Shown: positions 38,028 through 47,124 of the stretch, one piece after another
How positions within the stretch are numbered: position 1 is the first letter of the stretch
Layout: each line of letters begins with the position of its first letter
Source of the DNA: Candidatus Scatosoma sp.
GTDB taxonomy: Bacteria > Bacillota > Clostridia > Christensenellales > Borkfalkiaceae
Assembly: GCA_045656625.1 (NCBI GenBank)
Contig: JAZORL010000185.1
Coordinates: 1 to 53,239 of the forward strand
Direction: 5' to 3'
Length of the DNA stretch: 53,239 bases
Translations under genes and position numbers: made by a program
The notes under the pieces: model-generated
Databases searched by the model: none
What the model was told of the DNA's origin: nothing
The model's input: only the letters and a program-made list of their open reading frames with translations

Positions 38028-38085
38028 CTATGTCTAACATAATAATTATGCCTCGCGTAACATAATACCTATGTTTGACATAGTA
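38028..38085. repeat. Copy 2 of the palindromic intergenic element (with 24-nt internal insertion)
   Basis: atgtc..acataataattatgc..[24 nt]..tgacatagta shares a 15-mer and a 10-mer, in order, with 15408-15440. The outer arms ctatgtc/gacatag are inverted. Confidence 0.65.
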
Positions 38086-38112
38086 CAAGCTTTCAGCCCC
38101 TACTTTTGTGTA

Positions 38113-38141
38113 ATAAAAATCCCCGAATTTGCACTCGGGGA
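38113..38141 (-). terminator. coaE terminator
   Basis: tccccga-atttgcac-tcgggga. The minus strand has a U-rich run after it. Confidence 0.7.
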
Positions 38142-38169
38142 AATGGTCGTTATTTAGATTGTTTTTTAG

Positions 38170-38191
38170 TGTTTCACGAATAATGTTTCAC
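38170..38191. repeat. Two direct TGTTTCAC motifs, 14-nt register
   Basis: TGTTTCAC at 38170-38177 and 38184-38191, immediately after the coaE stop. Confidence 0.7.
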
Positions 38192-38193
38192 AA

Positions 38194-38790
38194 TTACAAA
38201 ACAAACGTATTTAAGAATGTATCGATTTGCGATTTTAAGGCATCAATCGTACCATTATTAAAAATTTGATAAGCGTGGATTTCTTGGATATGCTTTTCCC
38301 CTTCTGGGGTATTATAGGGAAATTGGGTATCCATTCGGGCGAGAATTTCCTCTTTGGAAAGAGTGTCCCTTTCCATAATTGCTTTTACTCTATCACTCTG
38401 CGTTCTTTGTACGACAAGGATTCGGTCGAATAACTGCTCGTATCCGCATTCAAACAAAAGCGGAACTTCCGCAAATACAATAGAATCTTTGCAAGTATCC
38501 ATATATTCATTCAGCTTTTTCATAATGAGCGGATGAGCAATTTGATTTAACTGATTTAATTTTTGAGGGTCATTAAAAACGATAGTCGCGAGCAGTTTTC
38601 GATTAATTTCTCCGTTTTCAATACAAGAAGGAAATTTTATACGCACCTCATCAATGTAAGCCCGTGAAAGAATTACTTCTTTGTAAATTTCATCGCAGGA
38701 ATAAACAGTGCGCCCTTTTTCTTGTAGAATTTTTCCGACGATCGATTTTCCGCTACCAATTCCCCCTGTTATTGCAATTTTTTGTTTCAT
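38194..38790 (-). CDS. coaE: Dephospho-CoA kinase
   Basis: P-loop GGIGSGKS at the N-terminus, 198 aa, and conserved polA-coaE adjacency. Confidence 0.9.
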   Translation of the reverse strand: MKQKIAITGGIGSGKSIVGKILQEKGRTVYSCDEIYKEVILSRAYIDEVRIKFPSCIENGEINRKLLATIVFNDPQKLNQLNQIAHPLIMKKLNEYMDTCKDSIVFAEVPLLFECGYEQLFDRILVVQRTQSDRVKAIMERDTLSKEEILARMDTQFPYNTPEGEKHIQEIHAYQIFNNGTIDALKSQIDTFLNTFVL

Positions 38791-38821
38791 TTTGTTCGTT
38801 CCTTATTCAAAAAGCAAGTCT

Positions 38822-38876
38822 TGTTTCACATTTTAAGTTTCACAAACGTTATATATGAAACAACATTTGTGAAACC
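38822..38876. repeat. Four (T)GTTTCAC/GTGAAAC motifs, two direct and two inverted, each pair in 14-nt register
   Basis: Copies at 38822-38829 and 38836-38843 (direct), and 38855-38862 and 38869-38876 (inverted). Includes a perfect 10-bp inverted repeat gtttcacaaa/tttgtgaaac (38837-38846 / 38866-38875). Confidence 0.7.
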
Positions 38877-38881
38877 ATATA

Positions 38882-41455
38882 TTATTTTGTATCGTACCAG
38901 CTTCTACCTACGTTGACTTCAACCGTTAAAGGAATTCGTAATTTTACAGCGTTTTCCATTTCTTCTTTTAAGATATTTGAAACGGCGTCAGCTTCATCTA
39001 TCGGGCAATCAATTACGAGTTCGTCGTGCACTTGTAAAACGAGTTTTGCTTGGTAATTCCCCTGTTTCAAGGCTTTATCAACGCCAATCATGGCAAGTTT
39101 AATAATATCTGCGCTTGATCCCTGCAAAGGCATATTCATAGCGGCGCGTTCGCCGAAGGAACGCACGTTAAAATTGGAAGAGCGCAGCTCATTGATGACG
39201 CGACGTCTACCTAATAATGTTTCGATATATCCGTCCTTTTTCGCATTTTCGACGTTCATTTCCATATATTCTTTTACGTCGGAATAGGTTTCGAAATATT
39301 TATCGATATACTCTTTGGCTTTTTTGGCACTAATACCTAAGTCTTGCGACAAGCCGAATGCGCTGATACCATAAATAATGCCAAAATTAACCGCTTTTGC
39401 GCTACGGCGCATATCCGAAGTGACCTCTTCAAGCGCTACGTCAAACACTTGCGATGCGGTCAATGCGTGAATATCACGCCCTTCGCAATAAGCTGTGACA
39501 AGCTCTTTACAAGTGGAAAAATGCGCTAAAAGTCGGAGTTCAATTTGAGAATAGTCTGCATCGATTAAAACGTGGTTAGGGCTCGCAGTAAAGAGTTTGC
39601 GAAGCTCGCGCCCTTCTGGGGTTCTAATGGGAATATTTTGAAGGTTCGGATTTGCACTGGAAAGTCGTCCCGTTTGCGTGTTGGACTGATTATAGGTTGT
39701 GTGTACCTTCCCATTTACGATCAGTGGCTTAAACCCTTCAATATACGTGGAATTGATTTTTTGAATCTTTCTATATCGAAGAATATAACGAACGATTTCA
39801 TGCTCGCTTGCATACTTTTCGAGTTCCTCCGCCGTTGTTTTATAATTCTTGCTTTCCTTGCTTTTCTTTGCACCCGAACCGATTGCAAACTTTTCAAACA
39901 AGATTTTCCCCAACTGTTGCGTGGAATTTACGTTAAACTCTTCCCCAGCAAGCTCATAAATTTTTTGTATCGTTGACTTTAATTCAGCGTTATATTGTTC
40001 AGAAAAGATCTTCAAAGCTCGTTCGTCAACGCATACCCCCTGTCGCTCCATATCAAAGAGGATGCGCGCAAGCGGCAATTCTACGTCTTGATAAAGCGTT
40101 TTCTCTTGTTCACGCAATTTTGCGTAATAGCTATCATAAAGATAGGTCAAGCCCCACGCCGTATTCTTTTCGGGTAAACCGTGATATTGCAGGCAAAAAG
40201 CCAAACTATCAGAATTACTCAAACCATCCGCCAAGCATTTAAGGATTGAAACGTCGTCAAAGTCTGCTAAAAATTCAATATTCAGCTCACTTAAACGATG
40301 CATCAAATCTTTTGCATTGTAAGAAATAAGGCGGTTTTTTTCTTCAAAAATAGCTCTTAAAAGCGGTTCGAGCTGATAATCGTAATACCCAACGTCTAAA
40401 AGCCCCGTTTTAATCGGAAAAACGTATTCCTTTGCCTCTTTTGAAAAAGCAAACCGCAAGCTGTCGTTTTCCCACACAACGGCAATCTTCTCTTTATTGC
40501 TGTGAATATATTCGATGGCTACCGTAATGCTTTCGGGTACAATTTCTTCGATTTTATTCGGGATGGAAATTGTTTCGTTTAAGTCGTTTGTCCCTTCGCT
40601 TTCTTCTTCAAAAATGTTTTGCGAAAGCAAGCTCTTGAATTCTAATGCGGTAAAGCGTTCCTTTACTCGATAAGAGAATGGCATTTTGAATACGCATTCG
40701 GAAAGCGAGAGCTCTATCGGCGAATTAACGTTAATGGTCGCAAGCTCTTTCGAGAAATACGCATCCTGCTTGCCCTCGGAAAGCTTCTTATGCATTGCGC
40801 CTGTAATTTCATCAAGATGGGCATAAATACCGTCCAAATCGCCGTATTTTTCTAAAAGCGAGTAAGCAGATTTTTCCCCTACCCCCGCAACTCCGGGGAT
40901 GTTATCTGATTTATCCCCCATAAGCGCCTTCAGTTCAATAACCTGCATTGGCGTAATGCCGATTTCGTCATGAAAGTTTTTTGCGGAAAGTTCTAAAAGA
41001 TCGCTCACGCCCTTTCGGGTAAAGCATACGTTCGTGGTATCGTCGACGAGTTGATACGCATCGCGATCCCCTGTATAGATATACGTTTGCAAGCTAAAAC
41101 GTTTTGCAAGCGTACCGATAATATCATCCGCTTCATACCCAGCCTTTTCGCAAATACAAACGTTCATAGCGGACAACACTTCTTTCAAAATCGGAAACTG
41201 TTTCCCAAGATCGTCGGGCATAGGCTTTCGTCCCGCTTTATAGGAATCGTACATTTTATGGCGGAAAGTCGGTGCGTGTACATCGAATGCAACGACAATA
41301 TGCGTTGGTTTCTTATCCGAAACAATTTTCAATAGCAACTTAACAAACCCAAAAACAGCATTCGTTGGAAGCCCGTCTTTCGTTGTAAACACAGGCGTTG
41401 CGTAAAACGCACGGTTCAATAAGCTGTTCCCGTCAATTAACACCAATTTTTCCAT
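38882..41455 (-). CDS. polA: DNA polymerase I
   Basis: 5' nuclease domain (LIDGNSLLNRAFYA), a central exonuclease-like domain, and Pol A motifs DYSQIELRLLAH, RRSAKAVNFGIIYG and QVHDELV. ATG 41455 is preferred; ATG 41473 is possible. Confidence 0.95.
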   Translation of the reverse strand: MEKLVLIDGNSLLNRAFYATPVFTTKDGLPTNAVFGFVKLLLKIVSDKKPTHIVVAFDVHAPTFRHKMYDSYKAGRKPMPDDLGKQFPILKEVLSAMNVCICEKAGYEADDIIGTLAKRFSLQTYIYTGDRDAYQLVDDTTNVCFTRKGVSDLLELSAKNFHDEIGITPMQVIELKALMGDKSDNIPGVAGVGEKSAYSLLEKYGDLDGIYAHLDEITGAMHKKLSEGKQDAYFSKELATINVNSPIELSLSECVFKMPFSYRVKERFTALEFKSLLSQNIFEEESEGTNDLNETISIPNKIEEIVPESITVAIEYIHSNKEKIAVVWENDSLRFAFSKEAKEYVFPIKTGLLDVGYYDYQLEPLLRAIFEEKNRLISYNAKDLMHRLSELNIEFLADFDDVSILKCLADGLSNSDSLAFCLQYHGLPEKNTAWGLTYLYDSYYAKLREQEKTLYQDVELPLARILFDMERQGVCVDERALKIFSEQYNAELKSTIQKIYELAGEEFNVNSTQQLGKILFEKFAIGSGAKKSKESKNYKTTAEELEKYASEHEIVRYILRYRKIQKINSTYIEGFKPLIVNGKVHTTYNQSNTQTGRLSSANPNLQNIPIRTPEGRELRKLFTASPNHVLIDADYSQIELRLLAHFSTCKELVTAYCEGRDIHALTASQVFDVALEEVTSDMRRSAKAVNFGIIYGISAFGLSQDLGISAKKAKEYIDKYFETYSDVKEYMEMNVENAKKDGYIETLLGRRRVINELRSSNFNVRSFGERAAMNMPLQGSSADIIKLAMIGVDKALKQGNYQAKLVLQVHDELVIDCPIDEADAVSNILKEEMENAVKLRIPLTVEVNVGRSWYDTK

Positions 41456-41575
41456 AATTTCGATTCCTTTCATGCAGTATACTTATATTTTACCACGAAA
41501 TAAAAAAAATCGCAAGAGTTTATAAAAATCTTTGAAAAAAGATTTGAAATTTTCTAAAAAACCCCGTGTAAACGC

Positions 41576-41604
41576 TTGATTTTTTTCAAACAATCCATTA
41601 TAAT
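41576..41604 (+). promoter_or_regulatory. Sigma-A-type promoter of tRNA-Leu
   Basis: TTGATT-17 nt-TATAAT, 21 nt before the tRNA 5' end. Confidence 0.6.
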
Positions 41605-41625
41605 AAAAAAGCTTTCATAAGTAAC

Positions 41626-41712
41626 GCCGCTGTGGTGGAATTGGCAGACGCGTCGGACTCAAAATCCGATGGTAGCGATACCGTGGCGGTTCGACTCCGA
41701 CCAGCGGCACCA
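41626..41712 (+). tRNA. tRNA-Leu (anticodon CAA), CCA encoded
   Basis: Acceptor stem GCCGCTG/CAGCGGC, anticodon loop ctCAAaa at 41658-41664, long variable arm, T-arm GGTTCGACTCC, and 3' ACCA. Confidence 0.9.
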
Positions 41713-41751
41713 AAATAAAGTCAAATCGTTTGATTTGACTTTATTTTTTTT
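41713..41751 (+). terminator. Terminator after tRNA-Leu
   Basis: ataaagtcaaatc-gttt-gatttgactttat forms a 13-bp stem followed by T8. Confidence 0.8.
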
Positions 41752-41796
41752 ATCAACAATAATAGAGCAAAACGTACCTACTTTTTTTGATTTAAT

Positions 41797-41833
41797 GGAA
41801 AAGTGCCCGTCTTAACAACGGGCACTTTCATTT

Positions 41834-41836
<3 letters not shown>
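41797..41836 (-). terminator. Terminator of the NahK-like gene
   Basis: aagtgcccgt-cttaaca-acgggcactt forms a 10-bp stem with T-rich flanks. Confidence 0.75.
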
Positions 41837-42919
<1,083 letters not shown>

Positions 42920-42927
42920 TTATTTTT

Positions 42928-42956
42928 ATTATACTATATTATTTTGAAAAATTCAA
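42928..42956 (-). promoter_or_regulatory. Sigma-A-type promoter of the NahK-like gene
   Basis: Minus strand reads TTGAAT-17 nt-TATAAT. Confidence 0.55.
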
Positions 42957-43033
42957 TAGAAATTATTTCATGGTTATTTGGTATTCTTTCGCTGATATAA
43001 ACTTTGAAATTTTCAAACATTATCGTAAATTGT

Positions 43034-43062
43034 TTTACAAATAGAATTTAATTTGTTATAAT
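43034..43062 (+). promoter_or_regulatory. Sigma-A-type promoter abutting the AraC start codon
   Basis: TTTACA-17 nt-(TGt)TATAAT, then 6 nt, then ATG 43069. No Shine-Dalgarno sequence. Confidence 0.5.
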
Positions 43063-43068
43063 GTAAAT

Positions 43069-43950
43069 ATGAACAAATCAACCAAGAAATTTTATATGCA
43101 TAAAATATCCAATCTTTTGAACGTGCAAAAGATCGTCACGATCCACTATCAAACGCTTGGAAAAAACTATGTTTTTCCCGAAGAACAGCACGATTTTTGG
43201 GAAATTAACTATGCGGACAAGGGAAACGTTTTCGTTGGGATAGATGGCGAAAAAATCGAACTTAAACAAGGTGAAATGCTCTTTATTAAACCCAATCAAC
43301 CGCATTTTATGGAAAGCGGAGACAAGGAACCGCACGTATTTATTATTTCCTTTGCTTGTCGTTCGGAATCGATGAACTTTTTCTCGGAAAAGAAATATGC
43401 TGTGCCTGAAAATTACCGCTACTTACTGCAAAATATTATGTCAGAGGCGGAAGACACGTTTGATTTGCCTGAATTCGACCCGAACTTAAATGCATTAAAA
43501 CTGCGTGAAAGCCCCAATCTTGGCGGCGAACAAATTATTAAAAATTCGCTTGAAACGCTACTTATTTATTTGTTGCGCACTGCGCAAAATCGTGCGCACA
43601 CGCAAGAATTCTTTGTTTCCAAAATTGCGGACTCTTCCGAACTTGAAGATGAAATCGTGCGCATTCTTACCTCAAAAATTTACGGCAAGTTCACGCTTGC
43701 GGATTTGAGCAACGAACTCCACTATGGCACGACAAGACTTTGCACCTTTTTCAAAGAAAAAACAGGCAAGAGTATTTATCAAACTTATTTGAAATTGAAG
43801 ATTGACGAGGCGAAACGCCTTATTCGTAAACAAAAAAATTTCTCGGAAATTACGGATATGCTTTGTTTTGACTCTATTTCCACTTTTGCATTTGTATTCA
43901 AAAAACACGTAGGCATGACGCCGAGTGAATATCGAAACAGTATAAAATAA
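43069..43950 (+). CDS. AraC-family transcriptional regulator (cupin sensor + HTH)
   Basis: N-terminal cupin-like region and a C-terminal double HTH (FSEITDMLCFDSISTFAFVFKKHVGMTPSEYR). Confidence 0.88.
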   Translation: MNKSTKKFYMHKISNLLNVQKIVTIHYQTLGKNYVFPEEQHDFWEINYADKGNVFVGIDGEKIELKQGEMLFIKPNQPHFMESGDKEPHVFIISFACRSESMNFFSEKKYAVPENYRYLLQNIMSEAEDTFDLPEFDPNLNALKLRESPNLGGEQIIKNSLETLLIYLLRTAQNRAHTQEFFVSKIADSSELEDEIVRILTSKIYGKFTLADLSNELHYGTTRLCTFFKEKTGKSIYQTYLKLKIDEAKRLIRKQKNFSEITDMLCFDSISTFAFVFKKHVGMTPSEYRNSIK

Positions 43951-43984
43951 AAAGAAACGAAGCGTTTCGCTTCGTTTCTTTTTA
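43948..43984. terminator. Bidirectional terminator (araC-like / ABC exporter)
   Basis: aagaaacgaagcg-ttt-cgcttcgtttctt forms a perfect 13-bp stem (43952-43980) with A/T runs on both sides. Confidence 0.85.
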
Positions 43985-45652
43985 TTTCACTGTTATAATC
44001 GTACCATTTTCAATATTCAAAATAGAATCGGCAATTTCTAATGCTGCAGGTCTATGCGTCACAATAAGACACGTTCGATTGTTGAGTTCCTTCAAATTTT
44101 TTAATAATGCGCCTTCCGTTTCGGTATCCAATGCGCTCGTTGCTTCGTCTAAAAGTAAAATTGGACGATTGGATAATATTGCTCTGGCGACAGCTAAGCG
44201 CTGTCTTTGCCCTTCGGATAAACCGCTGCCCGTTTCCAACAAAACGGTATCTAATCCATCGGGTAAATCGTATACGAAATCCGCACAAGCAACGTTGAGG
44301 GCATTTTTTATTTTTTCTTCGTCAAGCGTTTCCTCGTTAAAGAAAACTAAATTCTCTCGAATTGTACCCGAGAACAAGAAATTTCCTTGCGGAACGTAGG
44401 CAAAAAGTTCTCTATATTTTTCCGTGAGATCTTTATCGCTGTCTTTATAAACAAGCGAAATTTCCCCTGAATTTTGACGAAAAACACGCAATAAAAGCTT
44501 AAATAACGTACTTTTACCTGAGCCCGATGCTCCCGTCAAACAAACAATTTTTCCTTTTTCAAGCAAGGCGGAGGCGTTTTCTAATACTGTTTCTCTACCA
44601 TAAGTAAAGCCGACGTTTTCAAAGCGAATTGCGGATAAATTTTCGTACTGCAAATCCACTACTTCTGCCGATGTATTTTCTTGATCAAGATTGCTGATTT
44701 CCAACAAGCGCTCGCTGCTTGCAAGTCGTGCATAATAGGCAGGTGCAAGCGAGGAAAAGCCTGAAAGCGGCTGTTGAAATTGCATCAAAAGAAGAATAAC
44801 GGAAAGTATTGCTCCGTAATCGTCCATCTTGCCGTTTAATACGCTTACACTACACCAAACAACGGCAAAAATTAAACCAAAATTGCTTAAGAGATTGAAA
44901 AATCCATTCATTAATGAGCGCAAAACGTTTCGTTTCATGCGTTTATCAAAATATACGTTCGTTAACGATTGTGATTTATCGGTGTATTTCCCTTCTGCAC
45001 TATACGCCTTAACGGTCATAATTGCGCCCAAACCTTCTTGCATAAAGGAACGTACTCTTCCATCGCTTTCCATTACTTCTTTATGCCTTTGCTTGAGCTG
45101 TTTTCTAAAAAGGGCAAATAAACCACAAAAAATACCGCCGCAAACGATATAAATAAGTGTAAACCAAGGATCGATCGTAAGCAACGCGACGATTGCCCCA
45201 AAGGTTTGGGCAACCATACCTGCGATTGCAGGCATCAATCCTGCCGTCGTCACGCTGATTTCTGAAATATCGGAAGTGAGACGATTCATAAGCTCGCCGC
45301 TATGATATTCGTTAATTTTTGCGTAATCAGCACTCAAAATTGCGGAAAAGGTTTTTACGCGCAATGCAGAGAATATTTTTGCTCTTAATTTTTCGGTTAA
45401 ATAGCCCGTCCAAGTCTTTAATGCGATTCTAAAAAGCAAAAGCCCGAGCAAACAACCCGAAAAAATCCAAAGCCGTGTGGCTTGCTGATTGGTTGCACTA
45501 TTAATAAGATAACGCACCATGTACGCAAATGCCAAAGAAAATACGGTAGAAAGCACCGTTAAAATAGTCAAAAAAACGATAAATGCAGCATACGGGCGTA
45601 TCTCGTTTTTTAACCATACTTTTCCTTGATTCATTTGCTTGATTTTTTTCAT
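43982..45652 (-). CDS. ABC exporter, fused TMD-NBD half transporter
   Basis: About six N-terminal TM helices, Walker A GASGSGKST, signature LSEGQRQR and Walker B LLLDEATSALD. No C39 peptidase domain. Confidence 0.9.
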   Translation of the reverse strand: MKKIKQMNQGKVWLKNEIRPYAAFIVFLTILTVLSTVFSLAFAYMVRYLINSATNQQATRLWIFSGCLLGLLLFRIALKTWTGYLTEKLRAKIFSALRVKTFSAILSADYAKINEYHSGELMNRLTSDISEISVTTAGLMPAIAGMVAQTFGAIVALLTIDPWFTLIYIVCGGIFCGLFALFRKQLKQRHKEVMESDGRVRSFMQEGLGAIMTVKAYSAEGKYTDKSQSLTNVYFDKRMKRNVLRSLMNGFFNLLSNFGLIFAVVWCSVSVLNGKMDDYGAILSVILLLMQFQQPLSGFSSLAPAYYARLASSERLLEISNLDQENTSAEVVDLQYENLSAIRFENVGFTYGRETVLENASALLEKGKIVCLTGASGSGKSTLFKLLLRVFRQNSGEISLVYKDSDKDLTEKYRELFAYVPQGNFLFSGTIRENLVFFNEETLDEEKIKNALNVACADFVYDLPDGLDTVLLETGSGLSEGQRQRLAVARAILSNRPILLLDEATSALDTETEGALLKNLKELNNRTCLIVTHRPAALEIADSILNIENGTIITVK

Positions 45653-45667
45653 AATACTATCCTATCG

Positions 45668-46135
45668 TTATTTTTGTTTGCGTGGAAAGAAAAATCTAAA
45701 TATTTTTGCGCAAAATCGTCTAATCTTACATTTCGTAAGAACGAAAACTCGGCGTATTTTATAGGTCTTTAAGCGTTTATTCGCATAAGCGATATATTTT
45801 TCATCCGTACACAAAACGTGCTTTCCCTTGCGAAAAAACTCTGTTAAAACGCCAATTACCGCTTCCTCGGGTACGTTTTCGTCGGAATAACAGTTATCAC
45901 CGCGAATGATATAGCCTGTATCCGTTGGTTCTAATACTCGGTGTAAAATATAGGCAGTCCCACGTTTATAAAGCGCAACGTCTAAACGTTTTAACTTTTC
46001 CGTTTTTGGGCGCACGACAATGGTATCTCGCCGATTTTTAAGCATAGGTAACATACTTACGCCTACTGTCGGACCGATATATACGCCCTTTTCTAAAAGC
46101 ACGTCTTCAATTTTGAGTTTTTCAACGTCGCTCAT
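45668..46135 (-). CDS. S26-type (SipW/Sec11-like Ser/His) peptidase lacking an N-terminal membrane anchor
   Basis: GVSMLPML (Ser box), YILHRVL (His where SPase I has Lys) and IRGDNCYSDE (GDN box). ATG 46135 overlaps the upstream stop (ATGA). The C-terminal tail is very basic. Confidence 0.65.
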   Translation of the reverse strand: MSDVEKLKIEDVLLEKGVYIGPTVGVSMLPMLKNRRDTIVVRPKTEKLKRLDVALYKRGTAYILHRVLEPTDTGYIIRGDNCYSDENVPEEAVIGVLTEFFRKGKHVLCTDEKYIAYANKRLKTYKIRRVFVLTKCKIRRFCAKIFRFFFPRKQK

Positions 46136-46395
46136 TCGGCAAACCCGTTTCTCGTCAATATTTCCACGAATCTTTCTACGTCGGTGCGTGCTTTTTCGTC
46201 CGCAACTTCGTATTCCGAGCAAAGTGCCTCTACACCATCGTCAACGGAATGTTCTTCCGTATAAAAACGCCATAAAAATGCGCCTGTCGAATTCAAATTA
46301 ATCATTCCATGGAATTCTTTGCTCATTTTTCCTACGGGTACGACTACCGTTTCACCGCCGACTTCTCTTAAAACAAACCCCTTTTTAATTTGCAT
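46132..46395 (-). CDS. PqqD-family protein (candidate RiPP recognition element)
   Basis: 87 aa. The MQIKKGFVLREVGGETVVVPVG ... INLNSTGAFLW ... EYEVADEKARTDVERFVEILTRNGF pattern is typical of small PqqD-like proteins. Its ATG lies 2 nt after the upstream stop. Confidence 0.65.
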   Translation of the reverse strand: MQIKKGFVLREVGGETVVVPVGKMSKEFHGMINLNSTGAFLWRFYTEEHSVDDGVEALCSEYEVADEKARTDVERFVEILTRNGFAE

Positions 46396-46397
46396 AA

Positions 46398-47114
46398 TTA
46401 TTTCTCCGCGTAATTTTTCCCTGTTAAAGCCTCGAAAGATTTTTGTACAGCTTCTTCTGATATATCGCATTTTAATAAATAGGCAGGTATCATTTCAATA
46501 AGCTTGTCCGCCAATTCTAACGTTGCGATTGCGCCCTCTTCCGTATCAGGGATTAAAAGCTGTGCAAATAAGCGACTTGTCACTTCCTTATTCGTCAATT
46601 TAGTAATGGAATTTTCTTTGGCTTGCTCTAAAAAGCAAAGTCCGCAAAGGGGCGCTTTTGTTTTCTCGCCCCACCCTTCTTTTCCTTGCCAGGGCGTGCC
46701 AAAGGCAATAAATTTCTCTTCCGTACTTGCCAAAATCGGCTTATCACCATTGACGATTTTCGTATTGGGAATATTTTTTAACCAAAGCTTGGTATGGGTA
46801 GATTTGCCCGTACCGCTACGCCCTAAAAATGCGTACGCTTTCCCTTCGTATTCCAAAATAGACGAATGCATTAAAATGCGTCCGAATAAAGGCATTTGCA
46901 TACAGATACTGCGATAAAGACAAATATTTTCAATGTACCCGTCCGAAAAATTCGGGGAAAGCATTTTCTCTTCCTCAAACTCTTCTTTCGTCACCTCCGC
47001 CGTAATATCTACGGGCGAGGACTGATCCTCGGAAAGGTACTTATAACAAAATTTATCCGTGTATGCGTATTGATTTTTGATTAGAACACGAAGTCCTGCA
47101 AGCTCGTATACCAT
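46398..47114 (-). CDS. HPr-kinase-related P-loop protein (HprK C-domain-like)
   Basis: GRSGTGKSTHT P-loop sits mid-protein after a beta-rich N-half and is followed by GDKP/GTPW segments. This resembles HprK-related kinases found in peptide-modification clusters. Assignment is by motif only. Confidence 0.5.
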   Translation of the reverse strand: MVYELAGLRVLIKNQYAYTDKFCYKYLSEDQSSPVDITAEVTKEEFEEEKMLSPNFSDGYIENICLYRSICMQMPLFGRILMHSSILEYEGKAYAFLGRSGTGKSTHTKLWLKNIPNTKIVNGDKPILASTEEKFIAFGTPWQGKEGWGEKTKAPLCGLCFLEQAKENSITKLTNKEVTSRLFAQLLIPDTEEGAIATLELADKLIEMIPAYLLKCDISEEAVQKSFEALTGKNYAEK

Positions 47115-47124
47115 AAACTAAAAA

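Noticed and set aside
38822-38876. Reading the GTTTCAC/GTGAAAC motifs as Rex (TTGTGAA-N4-TTCACAA), CcpA cre, TnrA or ArgR boxes.
   Set aside because: The half-sites TTCACAA/TTGTGAA are present but everted and 21 nt apart, rather than inverted with a 4-nt spacer. There is no central CG as in cre. The TnrA and ARC-box alignments have too many mismatches.
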